Shown here: positions 37,801 through 52,800 of the stretch, piece after piece
How positions within the stretch are numbered: the stretch's first letter is position 1
How the letters are laid out: the number at the start of each line of letters is the position of its first letter
Assembly (NCBI GenBank): GCA_964016885.1
Contig: OZ024744.1
Location: forward strand, 30,318,001 to 30,382,000
Origin: Eledone cirrhosa
Taxonomy: Eukaryota
Reading direction: 5' to 3'
DNA: 64,000 nucleotides
Made by a program: the position numbers and the translations under genes
The notes under the pieces: generated by a model
The model's database searches: none
Seen by the model: the letters and a program-made list of their open reading frames with translations, nothing else
Told to the model about the DNA's origin: nothing

Positions 37801-40800
37801 TTCCTCTGTGTTTGGACCTGGTGTATATGAGAGATAGGGAGAGAGTGGGAGAGATGGAGGCAGTGACAGTGGGAGGTTGGTTCCTCTGTGTTTGGACCTG
37901 GTGTATATGAGAGATAGGGAGAGAGTGGGAGAGACGTAGGCAGTGACAGTGGGAGGTTGGTTCCTCTGTGTTTGGACCTGGTGTATATGAGAGATAGGGA
38001 GAGAGTGGGAGAGACTGAGGCAGTGACAGTGGGAGGTTGGTTCCTCTGTGTTTGGACCTGGTGTATATGAGAGATAGGGAGAGAGTGGGTGAGATGGAGG
38101 CAGTGGGAGGTTGGTTCCTCTGTGTTTAGACCTGGTGTATATGAGAGATAGGGAGAGAGTGAAGAGAGTGAGAGAGACGGAGGCAGTGACAGTGGGAGGT
38201 TGGTTCCTCTGTGTTTAGACCTGGTGTATATGAGAGATAGGGAGAGTGGCAGAGATGGAGGCAGTGACAGTGGGAGGTTGGTTCCTCTGTGTTTGGACAT
38301 GGTGTATATGAGAGATAGGGAGAGAGTGGGAGAGATGGAGACAGTGGGAGGTGGGTTCCTCTGTGTTTGGACCTGGTGTATATTAGAGATAGTGAGAGAG
38401 TGAGAGATGGGAGGCAATGACAGTGGGAGGTTGGTTCCTCTGTGTTTAGACCTGCTGTATATTAGAGATAGGGAGAGAGTGAGAGAGACGGAGGCAATGA
38501 CAGTGGGAGGTTGGTTCCTCTGTGTTTAGACCTGGTGTATATGAAAAATAGGGAGAGTGGCAGAGATGGAGGCAGTGACAGTGGGAGATTGGTTCCTCTG
38601 TGTTTAGACCTGGTGTATATGAGAGATAGGGAGAGCGTGAGAGAGACGGAGGCAGTGACAGTGGGAGGTTGGTTCCTCTGTGTTTAGACTTGGTGTATAT
38701 GGGAGATTGGGAGAGAGTGAGAGAGACAGAAGCAGTGACAGTGGGAGGTTGGTTCCTCTGTGTTTAGACCTGGTGTATTTGAGAGATAGGGAGAGAGTGG
38801 GAGAGACGGAGGCAGTGACAGTGGGAGGTTGGTTCCTCTGTGTTTGGACCTGGTGTATATGAGAGAGTGGGAGAGAGTGAGAGAGACGGAGGCAGTGACA
38901 GTGGGAGGTTGGTTCCTCTGTGTTTGGACCTGGTGTATATGAGAGATAGGGAGAGAGTGAGAGAGACGGAGGTAGTGATAGTGGGAGGTTGGTTCCTCTG
39001 TTAGGACCTGGTGTATATGAGAGATAGGGAGAGAGTGGGAGAGACGTAGGCAGTGACAGTGGGAGGTTGGTTCCTCTGTGTTTGGACCTGGTGTATATGA
39101 GAGATAGGGAGAGAGTGGGAGAGACGAAGTCGGTGACAGTGGGAGGTTGGTTCCTCTGTGTTTAGACCTGGTGTATATGAGAGATAGGGAGAGTGGCAGA
39201 GATGGAGGCAGTGACAGTGGGAGGTTGGTTCCTCTGTGTTTGGACATGGTGTATATGAGAGATAGGGAGAGAGTGGGAGAGATGGAGACAGTGGGAGGTG
39301 GGTTCCTCTGTGTTTGGACCTGGTGTATATTAGAGATAGTGAGAGAGTGAGAGATGGGAGGCAATGACAGTGGGAGGTTGGTCCCTCTGTGTTTAGACCT
39401 GCTGTATATTAGAGATAGGGAGAGAGTGAGAGAGACGGAGGCAATGACAGTGGGAGGTTGGTTCCTCTGTGTTTAGACCTGGTGTATATGAAAAATAGGG
39501 AGAGTGGCAGAGATGGAGGCAGTGACAGTGGGAGATTGGTTCCTCTGTGTTTAGACCTGGTGTATATGAGAGATAGGGAGAGCGTGAGAGAGACGGAGGC
39601 AGTGACAGTGGGAGGTTGGTTCCTCTGTGTTTAGACTTGGTGTATATGGGAGATTGGGAGAGAGTGAGAGAGACAGAAGCAGTGACAGTGGGAGGTTGGT
39701 TCCTCTGTGTTTAGACCTGGTGTATTTGAGAGATAGGGAGAGAGTGGGAGAGACGGAGGCAGTGACAGTGGGAGGTTGGTTCCTCTGTGTTTGGACCTGG
39801 TGTATATGAGAGAGTGGGAGAGAGTGAGAGAGACGGAGGCAGTGACAGTGGGAGGTTGGTTCCTCTGTGTTTGGACCTGGTGTATATGAGAGATAGGGAG
39901 AGAGTGAGAGAGACGGAGGTAGTGATAGTGGGAGGTTGGTTCCTCTGTTAGGACCTGGTGTATATGAGAGATAGGGAGAGAGTGGGAGAGACGTAGGCAG
40001 TGACAGTGGGAGGTTGGTTCCTCTGTGTTTGGACCTGGTGTATATGAGAGATAGGGAGAGAGTGGGAGAGACGAAGTCGGTGACAGTGGGAGGTTGGTTC
40101 CTCTGTGTTTAGACCTGGTGTATATGAGAGAGAGGGAGAGAGTGAGAGAGACGGAGGCAGTGACAGTGGGAGGTTGGTTCCACTGTGTTTGGACCTGGTG
40201 TATATGAGAGATAGGGAGAGAGTGGGAGAGACGGAGGCAGTGACAGTGGGAGGTTGGTTCCTCTGTGTTTGGAACTGGTGTATATGAGAGATAAGGAGAG
40301 TGGGAGAGAGACGGAGGCAGTGACAGTGGGAGGTTGGTTCCACTGTGTTTAGACCTGGTGTATATGAGAGAGAGGGAGAGAGTGGGAGAGACTGAGGCAG
40401 TGACAGTGGGAGGTTGGTTCCTCTGTGTTTAGACCTGGTCTATATGAGAGATAGGGAGAGTGGGAGAGATGGAGGCAGTGACAGTGGGAGGTTGGTTCCA
40501 CTGTGTTTGGACCTGGTGTATATGATAGATAGGGAGAGAGTTGAAGGTTGGTTCCTCTGTGTTTAGACCTGGTGTATATGAGAGATACGGAGAGAGTGGG
40601 TGAGACGGAGGCAGTGACAGTGGGAGGTTGGTTCCTCTGTGTTTAGACCTGGTGTATATGAGAGATAGGGAGATTGTGGGAGAGACGGAGGCAGTGACAG
40701 TGGGAGGTTGGTTCCTCTGTGTTTAGACCAGGTGTATATGAGAGATAGGGAGAGAGTGAGAGACGTAGGCAGTGACAGTGGGAGGTTGGTTCCTCTGTGT

Positions 40801-43800
40801 TTAGACCTGGTGCATATGAGAGATAGGGAGAGAGTGGGAGAGACGGAGGCAGTGACAGTGGGAGGTTGGTTCCTCTGTGTTTGGACCTGGTGTATATGAG
40901 AGATAGGGAGAGAGTGAGAGAGACGGAGGCAGTGACAGTGTGAGGTTGGTTCCTCTGTGTTTGGACCTGGTGTATATGAGAGAGTGGGAGAGACGGAGGC
41001 AGTGACAGTGGGAGGTTGGTTCCTCTGTGTTTAGACCTGGTGTATATGAGAGATAAGGAGAGAGTGGGAGAGAGACGGAGGCAGTGACAGTGGGAGGTTG
41101 GTTCCTCTGTGTTTAGACCTGGTGTATATGAGAGATAGGGGGAGAGTGGGAGAGACGGAGGCAGTGACAGTGGGAGGTTGGTTCCTCTGTGTTTGGACCT
41201 GGTGTATATGAGAGATAAGGAGAGAGTGGGAGAGAGACGGAGGCAGTGACAGTGGGAGGTTGGTTCCTCTGTGTTTAGACCTGGTGTATATGAGAGATAG
41301 GGGGAGAGTGGGAGAGACGGAGGCAGTGTCAGTGGGAGGTTGGTTCCTCTGTGTTTGAACCTGGTGTATATGAGAGATAGGGAGAGAGTGGGAGAGATGG
41401 AGGCAGTGACAGTGGGAGGTTGGTTCCTCTGTGTTTGGACCTGGTGTATATGAGAGAGAGGGAGAGAGTGGGAGAGACGGAGGCAGTGACAGTGGGAGGT
41501 TGGTTCCTCTGTGTTTAGACCTGGTGTATATGAGAGATAGGGAGAGAGTGAAGAGAGTGAGAGAGACGGAGGCAGTGACAGTGGGAGGTTGGTTCCTCTG
41601 TGTTTAGACCTGGTGTATATGAGAGATAGGGAGAGAGTGGGAGGTTGGTTCCTCTGTGTTTAGACCTGGTGTATATGAGAGATAGGGAGAGAGTGGGAGA
41701 GACGGAGGCAGTGACAGTGGGAGGTTGGTTCCCCTGTGTTTAGACCTGGTGTATATGAGAGATAGGGGGAGAGTGGGAGAGACGGAGGCAGTGACAGTGG
41801 GAGGTTGGTTCCTCTGTGTTTGGACCTGGTGTATATGAGAGATAGGGAGAGAGTGAGAGAGACGGAGGCAGTGACAGTGGGAGGTTGGTTCCTCTGTGTT
41901 TAGACCTGGTGTATATGAGAGATAGGGAGAGAGTGAAGAGAGTGAGAGAGACGGAGGCAGTGACAGTGGGAGGTTGGTTCCTCTGTGTTTGGACCTGGTG
42001 TATATGAGAGATAGGGAGAGAGTGGGAGAGACGGATTCGGTGACAGTGGGAGGTTGGTTCCTCTGTGTTTAGACCTGGTGTATATGAGAGAGAGGGAGAG
42101 AGTGAGAGAGACGGAGGCAGTGACAGTGGGAGGTTGGTTCCACTGTGTTTGGACCTGGTGTATATGAGAGATAGGGAGAGAGTGGGAGAGACGGAGGCAG
42201 TGACAGTGGGAGGTTGGTTCCTCTGTTAGGACCTGGTGTATATGAGAGATAGGGAGAGAGTGGGAGAGACGTAGGCAGTGACAGTGGGAGGTTGGTTCCT
42301 CTGTGTTTGGACCTGGTGTATATGAGAGATAGGGAGAGAGTGGGAGAGACGGAGTCGGTGACAGTGGGAGGTTGTTTCCTCTGTGTTTAGACCTGGTGTA
42401 TATGAGAGAGAGGGAGAGAGTGAGAGAGACGGAGGCAGTGACAGTGGGAGGTTGGTTCCACTGTGTTTGGACCTGGTGTATATGAGAGATAGGGAGAGAG
42501 TGGGAGAGACGGAGGCAGTGACAGTGGGAGGTTGGTTCCTCTGTGTTTGGAACTGGTGTATATGAGAGATAAGGAGAGTGGGAGAGAGACGGAGGCAGTG
42601 ACAGTGGGAGGTTGGTTCCACTGTGTTTAGACCTGGTGTATATGAGAGATAGGGGGAGAGTGGGAGAGACGGAGGCAGTGACAGTGGGAGGTTGGTTCCT
42701 CTGTGTTTGGACCTGGTGTATATGAGAGATAGGGAGAGAGTGGGAGAGACGGAGGCAGTGACAGTGGGAGGTTGGTTCCTCTGTGTTTAGACCTGGTGTA
42801 TATGAGAGATAGGGAGAGAGTGAAGAGAGTGAGAGAGACGGAGGCAGTGACAGTGGGAGGTTGGTTCCTCTGTGTTTGGACCTGGTGTATATGAGAGATA
42901 GGGAGAGAGTGGGATAGACGGAGTCGGTGACAGTGGGAGGTTGGTTCCTCTGTGTATAGACCTGGTGTATATGAGAGAGAGGGAGAGAGTGAGAGAGACG
43001 GAGGCAGTGACAGTGGGAGGTTGGTTCCACTGTGTTTGGACCTGGTGTATATGAGAGATAGGGAGAGAGTGGGAGAGACGGAGGCAGTGACAGTGGGAGG
43101 TTGGTTCCTCTGTTAGGACCTGGTGTATATGAGAGATAGGGAGAGAGTGGGAGAGACGTAGGCAGTGACAGTGGGAGGTTAGTTCCTCTGTGTTTGGACC
43201 TGGTGTATATGAGAGATAGGGAGAGAGTGGGAGAGACGGAGTCGGTGACAGTGGGAGGTTGGTTCCTCTGTGTTTAGACCTGGTGTATATGAGAGAGAGG
43301 GAGAGAGTGAGAGAGACGGAGGCAGTGACAGTGGGAGGTTGGTTCCACTGTGTTTGGACCTGGTGTATATGAGAGATAGGGAGAGAGTGGGAGAGACGGA
43401 GGCAGTGACAGTGGGAGGTTGGTTCCTCTGTGTTTGGAACTGGTGTATATGAGAGATAAGGAGAGTGGGAGAGAGACGGAGGCAGTGACAGTGGGAGGTT
43501 GGTTCCACTGTGTTTAGACCTGGTGTATATGAGAGAGAGGGAGAGAGTGGGAGAGACGGAGGCGGTGACAGTGGGAGGTTGGTTCCTCTGTGTTTAGACC
43601 TGGTGTATATGATAGAGAGGGAGAGAGTTGAAGGTTGGTTCCTCTGTGTTTAGACCTGGTGTATATGAGAGATACGGAGAGAGTGGGAGAGACGGAGGCA
43701 GTGACAGTGGGAGGTTGGTTCCTCTGTGTTTAGACCTGGTGTATATGAGAGATAGGGAGATTGTGGGAGAGACGGAGGCAGTGACAGTGGGAGGTTGGTT

Positions 43801-46800
43801 CCTCTGTGTTTAGACCAGGTGTATATGAGAGATAGGGAGAGAGTGAGAGACGTAGGCAGTGACAGTGGGAGGTTGGTTCCTCTGTGTTTAGACCTGGTGC
43901 ATATGAGAGATAGGGAGAGAGTGGGAGAGACGGAGGCAGTGACAGTGGGAGGTTGGTTCCTCTGTGTTTGGACCTGGTGTATATGAGAGATAGGGAGAGA
44001 GTGAGAGAGACGGAGTCAGTGACAGTGTGAGGTTGGTTCCTTTGTGTTTGGACCTGGTGTATATGAGAGAGTGGGAGAGACGGAGGCAGTGACAGTGGGA
44101 GGTTGGTTCCTCTGTGTTTGGACCTGGTGTATATGAGAGATAGGGAGAGTGGGAGAGATGTGGTCAGTGACAGTGGGAGGTTGGTTCCTCTGTGTTTAGA
44201 CCTGGTGTATATGAGAGATAAGGAGAGAGTGGGAGAGAGACGGAGGCAGTGACAGTGGGAGGTTGGTTCCTCTATGTTTAGACCTGGTGTATATGAGAGA
44301 TAGGGGGAGAGTGGGAGAGACGGAGGCAGTGACAGTGGGAGGTTGGTTCCTCTGTGTTTGGACCTGGTGTATATGAGAGATAAGGAGAGAGTGGGAGAGA
44401 GACGGAGGCAGTGACAGTGGGAGGTTGGTTCCTCTGTGTTTAGACCTGGTGTATATGAGAGATAGGGGGAGAGTGGGAGAGACGGAGGCAGTGACAGTGG
44501 GAGGTTGGTTCCTCTGTGTTTGAACCTGGTGTATATGAGAGATAGGGAGAGAGTGGGAGAGATGGAGGCAGTGACAGTGGGAGGTTGGTTCCTCTGTGTT
44601 TGGACCTGGTGTATATGAGAGAGAGGGAGAGAGTGGGAGAGACGGAGGCAGTGACAGTGGGAGGTTGGTTCCTCTGTGTTTAGACCTGGTGTATATGAGA
44701 GATAGGGAGAGAGTGGGTGGTTGGTTCCTCTGTGTTTAGACCTGGTGTATATGAGAGATAGGGAGAGAGTGGGAGAGACGGAGGCAGTGACAGTGGGAGG
44801 TTGGTTCCTCTGTGTTTAGACCTGGTGTATATGAGAGATAGGGGGAGAGTGGGAGAGACGGAGGCAGTGACAGTGGGAGGTTGGTTCCTCTGTGTTTGGA
44901 CCTGGTGTATATGAGAGATAAGGAGAGAGTGGGAGAGAGACGGAGGCAGTGACAGTGGGAGGTTGGTTCCTCTGTGTTTAGACCTGGTGTATATGAGAGA
45001 TAGGGGGAGAGTGGGAGAGACGGAGGCAGTGACAGTGGGAGGTTGGTTCCTCTGTGTTTGGACCTGGTGTATATGAGAGATAAGGAGAGAGTGGGAGAGA
45101 GACGGAGGCAGTGACAGTGGGAGGTTGGTTCCTCTGTGTTTGGACCTGGTGTATATGAGAGAGAGGGAGAGAGTGGGAGAGACGGAGGCAGTGAAAGTGG
45201 GAGGTTGGTTCCTCTGTGTTTGGACATGGTGTATATGAGAGATAGGGAGAGTGGGAGAGATGGAGGCAGTGGGAGGTGGGTTCCTCTTTGTTTGGACCTG
45301 GTGTATATTAGAGATAGGGAGAGAGTGAGAGAGACGGAGGCAGTGACAGTGGGAGGTTGGTTCCTCTGTGTTTAGACCTGGTGTATATGAGAGATAGGGA
45401 GAGAGTGAAGAGAGTGAGAGAGACGGAGGCAGTGACAGTGGGAGGTTGGTTCCTCTGTGTTAGGACCTGGTGTATATGAGAGATAGGGAGAGAGTGGGAG
45501 AGACGTAGGCAGTGACAGTGGGAGGTTGGTTCCTCTGTGTTTGGACCTGGTGTATATGAGAGATAGGGAGAGAGTGGGAGAGACGAAGTCGGTGACAGTG
45601 GGAGGTTGGTTCCTCTGTGTTTGGACCTGGTGTATATGAGAGAGAGGGAGAGAGTGAGAGAGACGGAGGCAGTGACAGTGGGAGGTTGGTTCCACTGTGT
45701 TTGGACCTGGTGTATATGAGAGATAGGGAGAGAGTGGGAGAGACGGAGGCAGTGACAGTGGGAGGTTGGTTCCTCTGTGTTTGGAACTGGTGTATATGAG
45801 AGATAAGGAGAGTGGGAGAGAGACGGAGGCAGTGACAGTGGGAGGTTGGTTCCACTGTGTTTAGACCTGGTGTATATGAGAGAGAGGGAGAGAGTGGGAG
45901 AGACTGAGGCAGTGACAGTGGGAGGTTGGTTCCTCTGTGTTTAGACCTGGTCTATATGAGAGATAGGGAGAGTGGGAGAGATGGAGGCAGTGACAGTGGG
46001 AGGTTGGTTCCACTGTGTTTGGACCTGGTGTATATGATAGATAGGGAGAGAGTTGAAGGTTGGTTCCTCTGTGTTTAGACCTGGTGTATATGAGAGATAC
46101 GGAGAGAGTGGGTGAGACGGAGGCAGTGACAGTGGGAGGTTGGTTCCTCTGTGTTTAGACCTGGTGTATATGAGAGATAGGGAGATTGTGGGAGAGACGG
46201 AGGCAGTGACAGTGGGAGGTTGGTTCCTCTGTGTTTAGACCAGGTGTATATGAGAGATAGGGAGAGAGTGAGAGACGTAGGCAGTGACAGTGGGAGGTTG
46301 GTTCCTCTGTGTTTAGACCTGGTGCATATGAGAGATAGGGAGAGAGTGGGAGAGACGGAGGCAGTGACAGTGGGAGGTTGGTTCCTCTGTGTTTGGACCT
46401 GGTGTATATGAGAGATAGGGAGAGAGTGAGAGAGACGGAGGCAGTGACAGTGTGAGGTTGGTTCCTCTGTGTTTGGACCTGGTGTATATGAGAGAGTGGG
46501 AGAGACGGAGGCAGTGACAGTGGGAGGTTGGTTCCTCTGTGTTTGGACCTGGTGTATATGAGAGATAGGGAGAGTGGGAGAGATGTGGTCAGTGACAGTG
46601 GGATGTTGGTTCCTCTGTGTTTAGACCTGGTGTATATGAGAGATAAGGAGAGAGTGGGAGAGAGACGGAGGCAGTGACAGTGGGAGGTTGGTTCCTCTGT
46701 GTTTAGACCTGGTGTATCTGAGAGATAGGGGGAGAGTGGGAGAGACGGAGGCAGTGACAGTGGGAGGTTGGTTCCTCTGTGTTTGGACCTGGTGTATATG

Positions 46801-49800
46801 AGAGATAAGGAGAGAGTGGGAGAGAGACGGAGGCAGTGACAGTGGGAGGTTGGTTCCTCTGTGTTTAGACCTGGTGTATATGAGAGATAGGGGGAGAGTG
46901 GGAGAGACGGAGGCAGTGTCAGTGGGAGGTTGGTTCCTCTGTGTTTGAACCTGGTGTATATGAGAGATAGGGAGAGAGTGGGAGAGATGGAGGCAGTGAC
47001 AGTGGGAGGTTGGTTCCTCTGTGTTTGGACCTGGTGTATATGAGAGAGAGGGAGAGAGTGGGAGAGACGGAGGCAGTGACAGTGGGAGGTTGGTTCCTCT
47101 GTGTTTAGACCTGGTGTATATGAGAGATAGGGAGAGAGTGAAGAGAGTGAGAGAGACGGAGGCAGTGACAGTGGGAGGTTGGTTCCTCTGTGTTTAGACC
47201 TGGTGTATATGAGAGATAGGGAGAGAGTGGGAGGTTGGTTCCTCTGTGTTTAGACCTGGTGTATATGAGAGATAGGGAGAGAGTGGGAGAGACGGAGGCA
47301 GTGACAGTGGGAGGTTGGTTCCTCTGTGTTTAGACCTGGTGTATATGAGAGATAGGGGGAGAGTGGGAGAGACGGAGGCAGTGACAGTGGGAGGTTGGTT
47401 CCTCTGTGTTTGGACCTGGTGTATATGAGAGATAGGGAGAGAGTGGGAGAGACGGAGGCAGTGACAGTGGGAGGTTGGTTCCTCTGTGTTTAGACCTGGT
47501 GTATATGAGAGATAGGGAGAGAGTGAAGAGAGTGAGAGAGACGGAGGCAGTGACAGTGGGAGGTTGGTTCCTCTGTGTTTGGACCTGGTGTATATGAGAG
47601 ATAGGGAGAGAGTGGGAGAGACGGATTCGGTGACAGTGGGAGGTTGGTTCCTCTGTGTTTAGACCTGGTGTATATGAGAGAGAGGGAGAGAGTGAGAGAG
47701 ACGGAGGCAGTGACAGTGGGAGGTTGGTTCCACTGTGTTTGGACCTGGTGTATATGAGAGATAGGGAGAGAGTGGGAGAGACGGAGGCAGTGACAGTGGG
47801 AGGTTGGTTCCTCTGTTAGGACCTGGTGTATATGAGAGATAGGGAGAGAGTGGGAGAGACGTAGGCAGTGACAGTGGGAGGTTGGTTCCTCTGTGTTTGG
47901 ACCTGGTGTATATGAGAGATAGGGAGAGAGTGGGAGAGACGGAGTCGGTGACAGTGGGAGGTTGTTTCCTCTGTGTTTAGACCTGGTGTATATGAGAGAG
48001 AGGGAGAGAGTGAGAGAGACGGAGGCAGTGACAGTGGGAGGTTGGTTCCACTGTGTTTGGACCTGGTGTATATGAGAGATAGGGAGAGAGTGGGAGAGAC
48101 GGAGGCAGTGACAGTGGGAGGTTGGTTCCTCTGTGTTTGGAACTGGTGTATATGAGAGATAAGGAGAGTGGGAGAGAGACGGAGGCAGTGACAGTGGGAG
48201 GTTGGTTCCACTGTGTTTAGACCTGGTGTATATGAGAGATAGGGGGAGAGTGGGAGAGACGGAGGCAGTGACAGTGGGAGGTTGGTTCCTCTGTGTTTGG
48301 ACCTGGTGTATATGAGAGATAGGGAGAGAGTGGGAGAGACGGAGGCAGTGACAGTGGGAGGTTGGTTCCTCTGTGTTTAGACCTGGTGTATATGAGAGAT
48401 AGGGAGAGAGTGAAGAGAGTGAGAGAGACGGAGGCAGTGACAGTGGGAGGTTGGTTCCTCTGTGTTTGGACATGGTGTATATGAGAGATAGGGAGAGAGT
48501 GGGATAGACGGAGTCGGTGACAGTGGGAGGTTGGTTCCTCTGTGTTTAGACCTGGTGTATATGAGAGAGAGGGAGAGAGTGAGAGAGACGGAGGCAGTGA
48601 CAGTGGGAGGTTGGTTCCACTGTGTTTGGACCTGGTGTATATGAGAGATAGGGAGAGAGTGGGAGAGACGGAGGCAGTGACAGTGGGAGGTTGGTTCCTC
48701 TGTTAGGACCTGGTGTATATGAGAGATAGGGAGAGAGTGGGAGAGACGTAGGCAGTGACAGTGGGAGGTTAGTTCCTCTGTGTTTGGACCTGGTGTATAT
48801 GAGAGATAGGGAGAGAGTGGGAGAGACGGAGTCGGTGACAGTGGGAGGTTGGTTCCTCTGTGTTTAGACCTGGTGTATATGAGAGAGAGGGAGAGAGTGA
48901 GAGAGACGGAGGCAGTGACAGTGGGAGGTTGGTTCCACTGTGTTTGGACCTGGTGTATATGAGAGATAGGGAGAGAGTGGGAGAGACGGAGGCAGTGACA
49001 GTGGGAGGTTGGTTCCTCTGTGTTTGGAACTGGTGTATATGAGAGATAAGGAGAGTGGGAGAGAGACGGAGGCAGTGACAGTGGGAGGTTGGTTCCACTG
49101 TGTTTAGACCTGGTGTATATGAGAGAGAGGGAGAGAGTGGGAGAGACTGAGGCAGTGACAGTGGGAGGTTGGTTCCACTGTGTTTGGACCTGGTGTATAT
49201 GAGAGATAGGGAGAGAGTGGGAGAGACGGAGGCAGTGACAGTGGGAGGTTGGTTCCTCTGTGTTTGGAACTGGTGTATATGAGAGATAAGGAGAGTGGGA
49301 GAGAGACGGAGGCAGTGACAGTGGGAGGTTGGTTCCACTGTGTTTAGACCTGGTGTATATGAGAGAGAGGGAGAGAGTGGGAGAGACTGAGGCAGTGACA
49401 GTGGGAGGTTGGTTCCTCTGTGTTTAGACCTGGTCTATATGAGAGATAGGGAGAGTGGGAGAGATGGAGGCAGTGACAGTGGGAGGTTGGTTCCACTGTG
49501 TTTGGACCTGGTGTATATGATAGATAGGGAGAGAGTTGAAGGTTGGTTCCTCTGTGTTTAGACCTGGTGTATATGAGAGATACGGAGAGAGTGGGTGAGA
49601 CGGAGGCAGTGACAGTGGGAGGTTGGTTCCTCTGTGTTTAGACCTGGTGTATATGAGAGATAGGGAGATTGTGGGAGAGACGGAGGCAGTGACAGTGGGA
49701 GGTTGGTTCCTCTGTGTTTAGACCAGGTGTATATGAGAGATAGGGAGAGAGTGAGAGACGTAGGCAGTGACAGTGGGAGGTTGGTTCCTCTGTGTTTAGA

Positions 49801-52800
49801 CCTGGTGCATATGAGAGATAGGGAGAGAGTGGGAGAGACGGAGGCAGTGACAGTGGGAGGTTGGTTCCTCTGTGTTTGGACCTGGTGTATATGAGAGATA
49901 GGGAGAGAGTGAGAGAGACGGAGGCAGTGACAGTGTGAGGTTGGTTCCTCTGTGTTTGGACCTGGTGTATATGAGAGAGTGGGAGAGACGGAGGCAGTGA
50001 CAGTGGGAGGTTGGTTCCTCTGTGTTTGGACCTGGTGTATATGAGAGATAGGGAGAGTGGGAGAGATGTGGTCAGTGACAGTGGGATGTTGGTTCCTCTG
50101 TGTTTAGACCTGGTGTATATGAGAGATAAGGAGAGAGTGGGAGAGAGACGGAGGCAGTGACAGTGGGAGGTTGGTTCCTCTGTGTTTAGACCTGGTGTAT
50201 CTGAGAGATAGGGGGAGAGTGGGAGAGACGGAGGCAGTGACAGTGGGAGGTTGGTTCCTCTGTGTTTGGACCTGGTGTATATGAGAGATAAGGAGAGAGT
50301 GGGAGAGAGACGGAGGCAGTGACAGTGGGAGGTTGGTTCCTCTGTGTTTAGACCTGGTGTATATGAGAGATAGGGGGAGAGTGGGAGAGACGGAGGCAGT
50401 GTCAGTGGGAGGTTGGTTCCTCTGTGTTTGAACCTGGTGTATATGAGAGATAGGGAGAGAGTGGGAGAGATGGAGGCAGTGACAGTGGGAGGTTGGTTCC
50501 TCTGTGTTTGGACCTGGTGTATATGAGAGAGAGGGAGAGAGTGGGAGAGACGGAGGCAGTGACAGTGGGAGGTTGGTTCCTCTGTGTTTAGACCTGGTGT
50601 ATATGAGAGATAGGGAGAGAGTGAAGAGAGTGAGAGAGACGGAGGCAGTGACAGTGGGAGGTTGGTTCCTCTGTGTTTAGACCTGGTGTATATGAGAGAT
50701 AGGGAGAGAGTGAAGAGAGTGAGAGAGACGGAGGCAGTGGGAGGTTGGTTCCTCTGTGTTTAGACCTGGTGTATATGATAGAGAGGGAGAGAGTTGAAGG
50801 TTGGTTCCTCTGTGTTTAGACCTGGTGTATATGAGAGATACGGAGAGAGTGGGAGAGACGGAGGCAGTGACAGTGGGAGGTTGGTTCCTCTGTGTTTGGA
50901 CCTGGTGTATATGAGAGATAGGGAGAGAGTGGGAGAGACGGAGGCGGTGACAGTGGGAGGTTGGTTCCTCTGTGTTTAGACCTGGTGTATATGATAGAGA
51001 GGGAGAGAGTTGAAGGTTGGTTCCTCTGTGTTTAGACCTGGTGTATATGAGAGATACGGAGAGAGTGGGAGAGACGGAGGCAGTGACAGTGGGAGGTTGG
51101 TTCCTCTGTGTTTAGACCTGGTGTATATGAGAGATAGGGAGATTGTGGGAGAGACGGAGGCAGTGACAGTGGGAGGTTGGTTCCTCTGTGTTTAGACCAG
51201 GTGTATATGAGAGATAGGGAGAGAGTGAGAGACGTAGGCAGTGACAGTGGGAGGTTGGTTCCTCTGTGTTTAGACCTGGTGCATATGAGAGATAGGGAGA
51301 GAGTGGGAGAGACGGAGGCAGTGACAGTGGGAGGTTGGTTCCTCTGTGTTTGGACCTGGTGTATATGAGAGATAGGGAGAGAGTGAGAGAGACGGAGGCA
51401 GTGACAGTGTGAGGTTGGTTCCTCTGTGTTTGGACCTGGTGTATATGAGAGAGTGGGAGAGACGGAGGCAGTGACAGTGGGAGGTTGGTTCCTCTGTGTT
51501 TGGACCTGGTGTATATGAGAGATAAGGAGAGAGTGGGAGAGAGACGGAGGCAGTGACAGTGGGAGGTTGGTTCCTCTGTGTTTAGACCTGGTGTATATGA
51601 GAGATAGGGGGAGAGTGGGAGAGACGGAGGCAGTGACAGTGGGAGGTTGGTTCCTCTGTGTTTGAACCTGGTGTATATGAGAGATAGGGAGAGAGTGGGA
51701 GAGATGGAGGCAGTGACAGTGGGAGGTTGGTTCCTCTGTGTTTGGACCTGGTGTATATGAGAGAGAGGGAGAGAGTGGGAGAGACGGAGGCAGTGACAGT
51801 GGGAGGTTGGTTCCTCTGTGTTTAGACCTGGTGTATATGAGAGATAGGGAGAGAGTGGGTGGTTGGTTCCTCTGTGTTTAGACCTGGTGTATATGAGAGA
51901 TAGGGAGAGAGTGGGAGAGACGGAGGCAGTGACAGTGGGAGGTTGGTTCCTCTGTGTTTAGACCTGGTGTATATGAGAGATAGGGGGAGAGTGGGAGAGA
52001 CGGAGGCAGTGACAGTGGGAGGTTGGTTCCTCTGTGTTTGGACCTGGTGTATATGAGAGATAAGGAGAGAGTGGGAGAGAGACGGAGGCAGTGACAGTGG
52101 GAGGTTGGTTCCTCTGTGTTTAGACCTGGTGTATATGAGAGATAGGGGGAGAGTGGGAGAGACGGAGGCAGTGACAGTGGGAGGTTGGTTCCTCTGTGTT
52201 TGGACCTGGTGTATATGAGAGATAAGGAGAGAGTGGGAGAGAGACGGAGGCAGTGACAGTGGGAGGTTGGTTCCTCTGTGTTTGGACCTGGTGTATATGA
52301 GAGAGAGGGAGAGAGTGGGAGAGACGGAGGCAGTGAAAGTGGGAGGTTGGTTCCTCTGTGTTTGGACATGGTGTATATGAGAGATAGGGAGAGTGGGAGA
52401 GATGGAGGCAGTGGGAGGTGGGTTCCTCTGTGTTTGGACCTGGTGTATATTAGAGATAGGGAGAGAGTGAGAGAGACGGAGGCAGTGACAGTGGGAGGTT
52501 GGTTCCTCTGTGTTTAGACCTGGTGTATATGAGAGATAGGGAGAGAGTGAAGAGAGTGAGAGAGACGGAGGCAGTGACAGTGGGAGGTTGGTTCCTCTGT
52601 GTTTAGACCTGGTGTATATGAGAGATAGGGAGAGAGTGGGAGGTTGGTTCCTCTGTGTTTAGACCTGGTGTATATGAGAGATAGGGAGAGAGTGGGAGAG
52701 ACGGAGGCAGTGACAGTGGGAGGTTGGTTCCTCTGTGTTTAGACCTGGTGTATATGAGAGATAGAGAGAGAGTGGGAGAGACGGAGGCAGTGACAGTGGG